From: Eledone cirrhosa
Lineage: Eukaryota
Assembly: GCA_964016885.1 (NCBI GenBank)
Contig: OZ024750.1
Location: 32,798,001-32,862,000, forward strand
DNA length: 64,000 nt
Direction: 5' to 3'
Of this stretch, positions 52,081 through 64,000 are shown one piece after another. Each line of letters opens with the position of its first letter. Position 1 is the stretch's first letter. The translations under genes and the position numbers were made by a program. The notes under the pieces are model-generated. The model saw only the letters and a program-made list of their open reading frames with translations, did no database searches and was not told the DNA's origin.

Positions 52081-53698
52081 GTGGCAAATTGGCAAAGTCG
52101 TTAAGACATCGGATAGAATACTTTATGGTATTCATCCCACCTCATTGAGATCTCTGAGTTCAAATCCCACCAGGGTCAACTTTACCATTCATCCGTTCAA
52201 GGTCAATAAAAAAAAAGTACCAGCCCAGTACTGGAGTTGATTCTTCCTCTCTCTCATCTGTATCTCTCTCTCATCTGTATATCTCTCATCTGTATCTCTC
52301 TCTAATCTGTATCTCTCTCTCATCTGTGTTCAGACCTGGAGAGTGATGGACTCCACCAGGTTTAAAAGTGCCCTAGACACACCCTATGACAGTGCCTCTA
52401 CGACTCCACAAGGAGTTATGGGATCTTTATACTTTATGGTATATATGAGTGTATATATGAAGGTTTGACAAGATGTGTATATATAAAGGTTATTTGAAAT
52501 GTTGGATATGTCTAAGGATGAAATTTTCTGATTAGAGATTTGAAGTTGCATGATTGTGACAATGTTGCAATGATTTGTTTTCTGTGGTTTTGTCAGAACA
52601 TAATCCATAGGTGGCCTTGTTCATTGGAGTTACCTGTGACGATGGAGTTTGGCTCAGAGCTAAGTGAAATCAGAAACTGCATGGGGTTCATTGTGTTAGG
52701 TATTTTATTTTATATATAACAACAGAAAAAAATGACTGGTTTTGGTAGTTGTAGTATTGGTGGTGGTTTTGGTAGTCAGTGGTAGTAGTAGTAGTAGCAG
52801 TAGTGGTGGTGGTGGTGGTAGTCAGTAATCAGAAGCTTTTTCTATGTTAGATTTCTATAGTTGAAAAGCAAATGAAGAACAGTGAGATTAGTGCTGGTAG
52901 CTATTATAGTTAGAAATATCAAGTTAGTGCTGCTAGCTATCATAGGTAGAAGTATGAAATTAGTAACTATATAGTAATATCGGTTTCTGATTTAGGCACA
53001 AAGCCAACAATATGAGGGGAGGGTAAAGTCGATTAAATCGACCCCAGTGCATTACTGGTACTTTATTTTATCAACCTCGTAGGATGAAAGGCAAAGCTAA
53101 CCTCGACAGGAATTGAACTCAAATCGTAAAGGGGCATAACCCTATGCTTATAAAGCATGTTCTCCAACACTTATCAGCTACTCTCAGGTCTTGAATAATC
53201 GTCTCCCCACCTGCTTATTAATTTTTCAGATTTTTTTCTATGGTTTAGTTAAGTACATATGTATTATTCTAGCATAGATTTTCAGCCCATCTTTCTGCCC
53301 CCAAATTAAGCAATTCATAACAAGGTGTCATAACAAAAAGTACCCAGCCCAAACTGTAAAGTTGTCATGTAGGTGTCATGACAAAAAGTACCCATTAGTT
53401 TATATTCTTTTATATTCTTTAACACTAAATAGTTCTTTATGGTGATCAGCCACGTGTTTCATTGAAAGTTTATTCCACCATGATGAACCTGCAGAAAAAT
53501 TGCTTCTCTGATCACCTGATGCAAAGCGTAGGACATCTAAATATATCCACCAGAACTCTGTTAGTAAGGGACACTGGCCTCACTGGAGGGGATCTTCTTT
53601 CTCTGATGAGAAACGGGGAAGACTGGTAAAAGAACTTTGTGCATGCTTCACTTTTGATGGAGGGATGATTCAAGAAGAAGAACATTAAATCATCAGAA

Positions 53699-53750
<52 letters not shown>

Positions 53751-53827
53751 TTCACACATATACACACACATTTATATAATTTATTCTTTATCATTATATA
53801 AAAATATAAAAATAAAAAAATAATAAT

Positions 53828-54985
53828 AATCATCATCACTGTTTTATGTCCATTTTTCCATGCTAGCAAGGGTTAGATGAGTTGCCCTGTTGTGGGCAAT
53901 GTGGTCAGGTGACTATGTCTTGTTCATGCAAACTGATTTTGGCTTGGTTTCTATAGCTGGATGCCTTTCCTAATGCCAACCTCATTTACAGTGAGTACTG
54001 GGTTCTTTTTGTCATGATGCCTACACAGCCGCTTTACAGTTTGGACTGGGATCTTCTTGTCATGATGCCTACACGGCCACTTTGCAGTTTGGACTGGGAT
54101 CTTCTTGTCATGATGCCTACACGGCCACTTTGCAGTTTGGACTGGGTCCTCTTTGTCATGACACCTATATGACCACTTTACAGTTTGGACTGGGTCCTTT
54201 TTTGTCATAACACCTATATGACCACTTTACAGTTTGGACTGGGTCCTTTTTGTTATGACACCTATATGACCACTTTACAGTTTGGACTGGGTCCTTTTTG
54301 TCATGACACCTATATGACCACTTTACTGTTTGGGCTGGGTACCTTTTGTCATGGCACCTATATGACCACTTTACAGTTTGGACTGGGTACTTTTTGTCAT
54401 GACACCTATATGACCACTTTACTGTTTGGGCTGGGTACCTTTTGTCATGGCACCTACATGACAACTTTACAGTTTGGGCTGGGTATTTTTGTCATGACAC
54501 CTATATGACCACTTTACTGTTTGGGCTGGGTACCTTTTGTCATGGCACCTACATGACAACTTTACAGTTTGGGCTGGGTTCTTTTTGTCATGACACCTAT
54601 ATGACCACTTTACTGTTTGGGCTGGGTACCTTTTGTCATGGCACCTATATGACCACTTTACAGTTTGGACTGGGTACTTTTTGTCATGACACCTATATGA
54701 CCACTTTACTGTTTGGGCTGGGTACCTTTTGTCATGGCACCTACATGACAACTTTACAGTTTGGGCTGGGTATTTTTGTCATGACACCTATATGACCACT
54801 TTACTGTTTGGGCTGGGTACCTTTTGTCATGGCACCTACATGACAACTTTACAGTTTGGGCTGGGTACTTTTTGTCATGACACCTATATGACCACTTTAC
54901 TGTTTGGGCTGGGTACCTTTTGTCATGACACCTACATGACAACTTTACAGTTTGGGCTGGGTACTTTTTGTCATGACACCTACAT
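53828..54985 (-). repeat. RTE-type 3' end with its 48-bp subrepeat expanded to ~21 units
   Basis: RTE tail at 53828-53990, then GACCACTTTACAGTTTGGACTGGG..GTCATGACACCTATAT units; 287-bp higher-order period. Confidence 0.92.
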
Positions 54986-56479
54986 TGTGGGGGAATCATA
55001 TATAATTATTTAAAACCTTTTTACCTGAATATTTATAGAGAAGGGCCTCAAATTTTATATAGCTTGGGGCGTCAGCACATGAAAGTCTGGCTGAACATTT
55101 ATCAAAGGGAAACTCCAGCAGCCCTTCTTGAAACATTTAATTCAGTGCTGCTTGTTTTTTTTTCCACCTTTTTCTGTCTTTTTTTTTCTAATTACTTTAT
55201 TTCTACAAATTGTTAATATTTTAATAATTTATGTAAATGAATTATTTTCTTCAAAGTACTATAATTGTCAATACAATTGATTACCACCTCACCCCCACCC
55301 CAAACAATTCGTATTACATGCTATGAGAAATCATTAACAAAATCATCATCATCATTATTACCATTAATAATGTTTTATGATTTAGGCAAAAGGTCAACAA
55401 TTTTGGGGAGTGGATGTTGAATAAATTGACCCCAGTGCATTACTAGTACTTTAATTTATTGACCCCATAAGGTTCAAAGGCAAAGCTAACTTCAGCAAGA
55501 TTTGACATAAAGAGTCATAACTGTGCCACAAAGCATGTTGTCCGATGCTCTACCGATTCTGCCAATTCACTACTCTTATTACCATTAAAAATAATTTTAT
55601 TGTTTCTAAGTGTTGGCAAATGAAATGCTTTGTAGCATATAGTTCTGTCTTTTTATATTCAAAATTCAAATTATATCCTGGCCAACTCTGTAACCTTTTG
55701 CCCCCATGTGTCAATAAAACAAGAATTTATTTGATGATGCTATTGATTCAATTAACTACAACTTCTCTCTCTGCAAATGTTGGCCTTGTGATGCAGGTTG
55801 TGTGGGCAGCAAGGTTATCAGAGGTGAGGGCTGAGCACTTTTATGGTGTATTGTGTATTATATTATTTCAGATTAAAAGAAAAATAATAATTTGCCAAAA
55901 CAACTTAGAATAACATCCATGAGCTTGGCTGGTCTCGCTTGGTGATCCAGCCGATTTAATTTGAGATGGTTGCTTCTGACAGGAACCACTGGAAGGAGTG
56001 TTTGAGGACTCTGCTCTTTTGACCCTCTCAGAAATATATGGGCGGAGAAGAAGAAGAAGAAGAAAAAGAAAAAGAAAAAGAAAAAGAAAAAGAAAAAGAA
56101 AAAGAAAAAGAAGAGCAACAACAAAAACAACAACAGCAAGAAAAAGGAGGATGAGGAGGAGGAGGGGAAGAACAACAACAACAACTTTCATTAGTGAATT
56201 TTTATTAAAAAGCAATTGTACTCATGTGATTTATTGACACAATCAAATATATCCCAATTGAAGTTATGATATTTATGCAGTATTATATGTGGTATCATTT
56301 GCCTGTTGATATCGACAAAAGACGTACAACATTCTTCAGAAGGTAGTTTACAAAATTCCATATGAAAACCTCACAAATCACCAAATATAATTGATTTTTA
56401 TTTGGATTATACAAAACTTTAGAACACAAAACACATTATGGATCACCAATATGTTGATATAAATCACAAGGTGGGTTAA

Positions 56480-56687
56480 CCCTTTAGCACTTACATTACT
56501 CTATATATACTATTGTATTTTTGTGGTAAAAGCTTTATCTCACATAATATCGAATCTATGAGATTTTGATATTATTTATTTTGAGAAAAATACCTTAACA
56601 TCATTATGAGTGGCCAGTTCAAGCCAGTTTGAACAGAATGTAGTGAGAGAATTCTGGCTGGACACAATCGGTTTAAATGCTAAAGGT
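56480..56687 (+). mobile_element. piggyBac-like MITE
   Basis: TIRs and TTAA TSD. Confidence 0.83.
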
Positions 56688-56969
56688 TTAAGAAGTACAT
56701 TTGGCAATCATAACATATTAGGTTTGATTCCACTGCATAGCATTTGAGACAAGTGTCTTTGTGTAGACAGAAACTGTTTGGAAGCCTGTAGGGATGGACT
56801 ATAATTCAAAAGGCCAGGCATGTCCTGCACTGTGTTATGCTGAATCTCCCTGAGAATTACATTAAAAGTACACATATCTATGGAATTATCTTTCATCATA
56901 AATATCACTAACAGATGTTTTGTTGGTCAGAAAACTGAAATATAATGTCAAAATCATTGCAGTTTGTTT

Positions 56970-57361
56970 CATCATCATCATCATCATCATTTTACGTCCG
57001 CTTTTCCCTGCTTGCAAGGGTGGGACTGGAACTGATTCTGGCTTGATTTCTACAGATGGATGCCCTTCCTAACACCAACCTCATTTACAGTGAGTGCTGA
57101 GTGCTTTTTTTCCGTGGCGCCTACACATCCACTTTTCAGTGTGGGCTGGGTGCTTTTTTGTCATGGCACCTCCACGACCACTTTGCAGTGGAATGATATG
57201 GACCCCAGTCCCTATCATCTCGTTTCTACAGCTGAGTAAACTGGAGCAATGTGAAATAAAGTGTCTTGCTCAAGGAAACAACACATCACCAAGTTTGAGA
57301 ATTGAACTCACAACCTTTCGATTGCAAGGCCAATGCTCTAACCACTAAGTCATGTGCCTCC
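56970..57361 (-). mobile_element. SINE family B
   Basis: Full length. Confidence 0.9.
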
Positions 57362-57593
57362 ATTATATATACAAAACATTTAACTATTCTTTTTAGAAAG
57401 CCATAAGGAAATATAATGATTTCTCACATTAGCACAAGGTCAAGATTCTGCCAGAAGCAACACTTGATTAAAGCATCTCAAGTGCTTCAGTGGAGCTTAT
57501 TTTATTGACATCAGAAAAGATGAAACACAAAATCGACCTTGACAACTGAGACTTAAATTACTATTAAATTGAGATTTAGTTTTTGACAATTAA

Positions 57594-57801
57594 CCCTTTA
57601 GCATTCACATGACTAAATATATACTATTATATTTTCACAGAAAAGGCATTACCTCACATAATTATTTTACCTAATATCGAATCTATGAGATTTTTATATT
57701 ATTTATTTTGAGAACAATACCTTAACATAAGTATGAGTGGCTGATTATAGCCAGTTTAAACAGAAAGAGGTGAGAGAATGGCTGGTTTAAATGCTTAAGG
57801 G
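57594..57801 (+). mobile_element. piggyBac-like MITE
   Basis: TIRs and TTAA TSD. Confidence 0.83.
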
Positions 57802-58769
57802 TTAAGATTAAAATTTCTTGGCAGTTATGACAAAAATGCTGGAATAACTCAAATGTTTAAATATTTAGTTTTTGTCACTTGAAACTTAAAGTCAACCTTG
57901 ACAATCAAATTATAAATTGCTAGGCCATCATGACAGAAATGTTGAAATGAGACTTAAATATTTAAATATTTAGTTTTTAAACTTAAAACCTAAAATCAAC
58001 CTTGATAATCATCATCATCGTTTAACGTTCATTTTCCACGCTAGCATGGGTAGGATGGGCTGTCTCTTTGTGAGAGATCTGGTCGGAGGACCATGTTTCA
58101 CTCATGCAGGGCTGATTTTGGCTTGGTTTCTACGGTTGGATGCCCTTCCTAATGCCAACCACATTTACAGTGTGCTGGGTGGTAGCTTTTTGTCATGACA
58201 CATACATTACCACTTTACAGCGTGGACTAGGCACTTTTTGTCATGTCACCAGCATGACCACTTTACAGTATGCGCTGGAGGCTTTGCTGGATGTATACTT
58301 CAGCTTTACCCTCATGGAAGATGTTTGGGAGTGGGTGAGGAAGAGTGGGGTGGTGCATGCTATATATATGCCTGTGCCCGTAATCATGATATAAATTACT
58401 AGGCCACTGTGAAATGTTGAAATGACAGACATCTTTAAATATTTAGTTTTTAACCTAAAAATCAACCATGGTAATGATTTAAATTACTTGGCTATCATGA
58501 CAAATGTTGGAATGAAAGCCTTAAATATTTTGACAGTTTTGTCCCTGAAAACCTAATATCAACCTTGACAGTCAAGATTGGAATTACTTGGCAGTTGTGA
58601 CGGAAATGCTGGAATGACAGGCTCAAATCTTAGACAGTTTTGATCTTTTATATTCTGAGATCAAATCCAGCTTGGTTAGACATTGATTTCTTTAATGGAT
58701 TCATAAAATAAGCAACTAACCCCTTAATTTGAGGCCTTGTGTCTATGTTAGAAACTATTATTATTATTA

Positions 58770-59260
58770 GGTGGATTGTCAGTATCGGTAGAGAGTCGGA
58801 CACCATACTTTGAAGCATAGAGTTACGTCCCTTTATGATCTGAGTTCAAATCCTGCCGAGGTTAACTTTGCCTTTCATCTTTACGGGGTCGATAAAATAA
58901 AGTACCAGTAATGTACTGGATATTTGCTGGCCTTGTGTCAAAAATAGAAACACTTATTATTACTAGGTGTATTGGCCATGCTTTGATGCATAGAGTTACG
59001 ACCCTTGCCATTCTGAGTTCAAATCCTGTCGAGGTTAACTTTGCCTTTCATCCTTACGGGGTCGAACAAATAAAGTACCAGTAACGCACTGGGTTAATTA
59101 CTGGCCTTGTGCCAAAAGTAGAAACAATTATTATTATTATTATCTGAGTTCAAATCCCGCCGAGGTTAACTTTGCCTTTCATCCTTACGGGGTCGATAAA
59201 ATAAAGTACCAGTAATGTACTGGGTAATTGCTGGTCTTGTGCCTAAAGTAGAAACAATTA
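58770..59260 (+). mobile_element. three head-to-tail SINE A copies in (ATT)n
   Basis: Copies start near 58770, 58966 and 59144, each after an ATT run. Confidence 0.88.
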
Positions 59261-59668
59261 TCATTATTGTTGCTGTTTTGCATCACTACTGCTTTACTGA
59301 GCACAGCTCTGTGTGCCTTGGGTATGTGCAGTGTACCTTTCGTTGGTGTTGCTTCTATTGTATTGATAGTACTTTTCGTAATATGTGTGCAGTCCCTAGT
59401 AGTGCTATTTTTTAATCCCTAGTAGTGCTATTTTTTGTATGTTGTATATATTTGTCAGTCCTGGGGTTTTGGTTATGTATTTGTCTGTGTGCTTTTTTAT
59501 CATTCCTAGAGCACCTATTATTATTATAGGTATTGTTTCAGTTTTCCTTTTCCACATTCGAGTTATTTCTATCTCTAGATTTTTATATTTGGAGAGTTTC
59601 TCTATTTCCTTGGAAGATATATTATCGTCTGTGGGGATAGATACATCTATTAGAAAGCATTTTTTCTT
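59258..59668 (-). mobile_element. 3' fragment of an RLE-type non-LTR element (R4/Dong- or Hero-like)
   Basis: KCFLIDVSIP-D-NI--KE-EK--KY--L--EI-RMW...PIIIIGALG...IQKIALLG(TAHILRKVLSIQ*); a ~24-bp internal duplication breaks the ORF; (TAA)n flanks. Confidence 0.85.
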
Positions 59669-59679
59669 ATTATTATTAT

Positions 59680-59862
59680 GGATTAGCAGTATCAGTAGAG
59701 GGTCGGATGCCATGCTTTCCAGCATAGTTACGTCCCTTTACGATCTGAGTTCAAATCCTGCCGAGATTGACTTTGCCTTTCATCCTTATGGGGTCGATAA
59801 AATAAAGTATCAGTAATGCACTGGGAAATTGCTGGCCTTGTGCCTAAAGTAGAAATAATTAT
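59680..59862 (+). mobile_element. SINE family A
   Basis: Matches the family consensus. Confidence 0.88.
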
Positions 59863-59974
59863 TAGTTGTGTTCATAGTAGCAGAGCTGATTTTTTTTACA
59901 GAGATATTAAAATATATTATGGAAATGTTGCATGGGAAGCTCCATAGATTTAACATAATGATGGACTATCTAGC

Positions 59975-61684
59975 TAATACTGCTACTGCTACTACTACTA
60001 CGACTACTACTAGAACTACTGCTACTATTACTACTACTACCACCACTACTACTACTACTACTACTAGTACCAACACCACCACCACCATTACTACTAGTAC
60101 CACCACTAACAGCACTACTACTACCACTACCATGACTACTACCAGAACTACTGCTACCATTACGACCACTACAACTACCACCACTGCTACTACTAGTACC
60201 ACCACCACCACCATCACCACTATTACTACTACCACTACTACGACTACTACCAGAACTACTGCTACCATTACTACCATTACCACTACTAGTTTCAACACCA
60301 CCACCACTACTACTACTACCACCAACACCATCACCACCACCACTACCACTAGTACCACCAACACCACCACCACCACCTCTATTAGTACCAACACCACCAC
60401 CACCACTACCACTAGTACCACCAACACCGCCACAACTACCAACACCACCACCACCACTACCACTAGTACCACCACCACTACCACAACTACCAACACCACC
60501 ACCACCACCACTATTACTCATATGTACGTTGTTGTGTGGGAGGGGAGGGGGCTGGTAGATGGGGATGAAGCTATTGTGTGTGTATGTATGCACCAGTGTG
60601 TATGTATGTCTGTATGTCTATGTATGCAGGTGAGTATCTGGATGGATGTATTATGCGTGTATGTATATGTATATATCTCTGTGTATGTATGCATACATAT
60701 ACGTTTGCATATGTATATGTATGCATTTGTGTGTTTGTATGTATGCACACATATATGTTTGCATATATATATATATGTGTGTGTGTATGCATTTGTGTGT
60801 ATATAAGCATCTGTATACATATGCAAATATGTGTGTGTATGTATGCATATGAATATGTATGTATTTGTGTGTATGTATGTGTGTGTATGTACATGAATGC
60901 ATCTGTGTGTATGTATGCAAATGCATATGTATATGTATGCATTTGTGTGTATGTATGTGTGTATGTATATGAATGCATCTGTTTGTATGTATGCAAATGC
61001 ATATGTATATGTATGCATTTGTGTGTATGTATGTGTGTGTATGTATATGTATGCATCTGTGTGTATGTATGCAAATGCATATGTATATGTATGCATTTGT
61101 GTGTATGTATGCGTGTGTATGTATATGTATGTATTTGTGTGTATGTATGCACATGTATATGTATGCATGTGTGTGTATGTATGTGTATGTATGCACATGC
61201 ATATGTATATGTATGCATTTGTGTGTATGTATGTGTGTGTATGTATATGTATGTATTTGTGTGTATGTATGCACATGTATTTGTATATGTATGCATTTGT
61301 GTGTATGTATGTGTATGTATGTATATGTATGTAGTTGTGTGTATGTATGCACATGTATATGTATGCATTTGTGTGTATGTATGCATATGTATATGAATGC
61401 ATCAGTGTATGTATGTATGTATACATATGTATATGAAAGCATCTGTGTGTATGTATGTGTGTTTGCATGTGTCTGGATGTATGTGTGTGTGTATGCCTGG
61501 GTGTGTGCATGTGTGTGTGAGCCTGGATATATGTATGTGTGTGTGTCTGTGTGTGTGTGTGTGCGTGCGCGTATGTGTGTGTGTCTGTGTGTGTGTGTGT
61601 GTGTGCATGTGTCTGGATGTATGTAGTATGTATGTGTGTGTGTGTGTGCCTGGGTGTCTGTATGTGTGTGTGCCTGGATATATG

Positions 61685-61723
<39 letters not shown>

Positions 61724-63330
61724 TGTGTATGTGTGTGTGTGTGTGTGCATGATGAACTGTGAAATAAAAGTTGTAGTTAGAAAACTACTAAATACCAAAA
61801 TGTCGAAATAACCAGATATTGTATTGATGATGATGATGATGATGGTGGTTGTGGTGGTTATGGTGGTTGTATGGATGGTGATGATGGTGATGGTGGTGGT
61901 GGTTGTGGTGGTTGTATTGATGGTGATGATGGTGGTGGTTGTGGTGGTTGTGGTGGTTGTATTGATGGTGATGATGGTGGTGATTGTGGTGGTTGTATTG
62001 ATGGTGATGATGGTGGTGGTTGTGGTGGTTGTATTGATGGTGATGATGGTGATGGTGGTGGTGGTTGTGGTGGTTGTATTGATGGTGATGATGGTGGTGG
62101 TGGTGGTTGTATTGATGATGGTGGTGGTGGTGGTGGTGGTTGTGGTGGTTGTATTGATGGTGATGATGGTGGTGGTGGTGGTGGTGGTTGTGGTGGTTGT
62201 ATTGATGGTGATGATGGTGGTGGTGGTGGTTGTATTGATGATGGTGGTGGTGGTGGTGGTGGTTGTGGTGGTTGTATTGATGATGGTGGTGGTGATGGTG
62301 GTTGTGGTGGTTGTATTGATGATGGTGGTGGTGGTGGTGGTTGTATTGATGATGGTGGTGGTGGTGGTGGTGGTTGTATTTATGATGATGTTGGTGGTTG
62401 TGGTGGTTGTATTGATGATGATGATGGTGGTGGTTGTATTGATGGTGATGATGGTGGTTGTGGTGGTTGTGGTGGTTGTATTGATGGTGATGATGATGGT
62501 GTTGGTGGTGATGATGGTGGTGGTGATGATGATGGTGGTGGTGGTGGTGGTGGTGGTGGTGGTGGTGGTTGTGGTGGTGTTGATAATGGTGGTGGTGATG
62601 GTGGTGGTTGTAGTGTTGACAGTGGTGGTGATGATGTGATGTGATGGCAGTGGTGGTGATGGTGGTGATGATGATGGTGATGGTGGTGATTGTGGTGGTG
62701 GTGGTGGTGATGGTGGTGGTTGTGGTAGTTGTGTTGGTGGTGGTGGTGATAGTGGTGGTTGTGGTAGTTGTAGTAGTGGTGGTTGTGGTGTGGTGGTTGT
62801 GGTGATGGTGGTGGTTGTGGTGGTGGTTGTAGTGTTGACAGTGGTGGTGGTGGTGGTAGTAATGATGAGGGTGGTGGTGGTAGTCGTGGTAGTGGTGGTT
62901 TTGGTTGTGATAGTTGTAGTAGTAGTGGATCTAGTGGTGGTGATGGTGGTGGTTGTGCTAGTGGTGGTTGTGGTAGTAGTGGGAGTGGTGAGATTTGTCT
63001 GTATTTCTGTGATGTGGGTGTTAGATAGAAAAGACAAAGGGAGTGTGATGGAGGGGGGGGTCAAAGTATTCTAACTCACAGTTTTAAACTCTGATACAAT
63101 GTCGACAGCAGCAGCAGTAGCAGCAGCTGCAACAGCACCAGTCACTGCAGCAGTAGTAGCAGCAGTGGCTGCAGCAGCAGCAACAGTAGTAGCAGCCCCA
63201 GCAGCACCAGCGACAGCAGCAGCAGTAGTAGCAGCAGTGACAGCAACAGTACTAACGACAACAGCAGTAGTAGCAACAACATGCAAGAACCGCAGCAACA
63301 GTAGCAACCATAGCAGTGAAAGCAGCAATA
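59975..63330. repeat. compound microsatellite field: (ACT/ACC)n, (GT/AT)n, (GGT/GAT)n, (GCA)n
   Basis: Visible runs; the long poly-T/V/H ORFs are artefacts. Confidence 0.95.
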
Positions 63331-63669
63331 TCAGCAGTCACATCTACTATACTACTATTTTAACTGCTGTTGTTGTGGTTTGTGCAGCTGCTGCTGTGAT
63401 GTTTGCAGCCATTGCTGCAGTCAAAGTTTGTAGTATTATAGTATATCGAAGTCCTTAAACTCTTCATTCAATCAAAAATTAAAACTGTATTGATTTCTTT
63501 CGACTGGACACAAGATAAATTACTCGAGCAGACAAATAAAACAAGACGAAAGAAACAATTATCAGCTGAGATTTTTTTTTTTAAAATTTAAATAATCAGA
63601 ATTTATATTAAAATTTATATAAAAACAGATGAAAAATTTCTTTTAAAATGTTGGTAAAGACATGCTTAA

Positions 63670-64000
63670 CCCTTTAGCATTTAAACTGGCCATATTCGAC
63701 CAGAATTCTCATTCTCTCACCTCTTTCTGTTCAAACTGGCCATAACAAGCCATTCATACTGATTTTAAGGTATTGTTTTCAAAATAAATACCATAAAAAT
63801 CTCATAGATTCAATATTATGTAAGATAAAGCCTTTACCATGAAAATGCAATAGTATATATATAGAGTAATCATCATCATCATCATCATCATCATCATTTT
63901 ACGTCCGCTTTTCCCTGCTTGCAAGGGTGGGATGGGAACTGATTATGGCTTGATTTCTACAGCTGGATGCCCTTCCTAACACCAACCTCATTTACAGTGA
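63670..64000 (-). mobile_element. piggyBac-like MITE interrupted by SINE B (runs off the window)
   Basis: TTAA-CCCTTTAGCATTTAAAC start; the SINE B tail begins at ~63869. Confidence 0.82.

Noticed and set aside
52596-52699. Possible plus-strand exon NIIHRWPCSLELPVTMEFG...
   Set aside because: Plausible acceptor but weak donor, unrecognised peptide and no linked exons
53440-53516. GGTGATCAG/CTGATCACC stem with GAAA-CACGTG on the minus strand
   Set aside because: No CUGANGA and no UH triplet; cannot be called a ribozyme
53603-53620. CTGATGAGAAAC as a hammerhead core
   Set aside because: No stem II between the core halves; it lies in an RTE-like coding remnant (SLMRNGEDW)
60518-63064. 848-aa Thr/His-rich ORF and the similar low-complexity ORFs across the window
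   Set aside because: Translations of microsatellites; open in several frames on both strands, with no domain content

Overview
AT-rich, repeat-saturated animal DNA; the SINE/RTE/microsatellite make-up points to an octopus-like cephalopod (inference). No host gene can be called with confidence, and nearly all ORFs in the track are microsatellite or antisense artefacts. Main contents: one 5'-truncated RTE LINE with an open 995-aa ORF (APE-RT-PHD-like finger), a decayed second RTE and several RTE 3' fragments, an R4/Dong-like RLE fragment, two abundant tRNA-derived SINE families (one sharing the RTE 3' tail), TTAA-flanked piggyBac-like MITEs, a non-autonomous Helitron, Tc1/mariner-type MITEs, and many mini- and microsatellites, several grown from TE parts. 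The standout is a set of roughly a dozen type I hammerhead-ribozyme motifs (CUGANGA-stem II-GAAA-mostly palindromic stem III-UH) from several unrelated sequence families. Most sit in short fold-back (inverted-repeat) inserts in or beside (TA)n tracts, which matches Penelope-like pseudo-LTR remnants. In several inserts the fold-back junction falls on the ribozyme core or stem II. All folding and alignment was done by eye.
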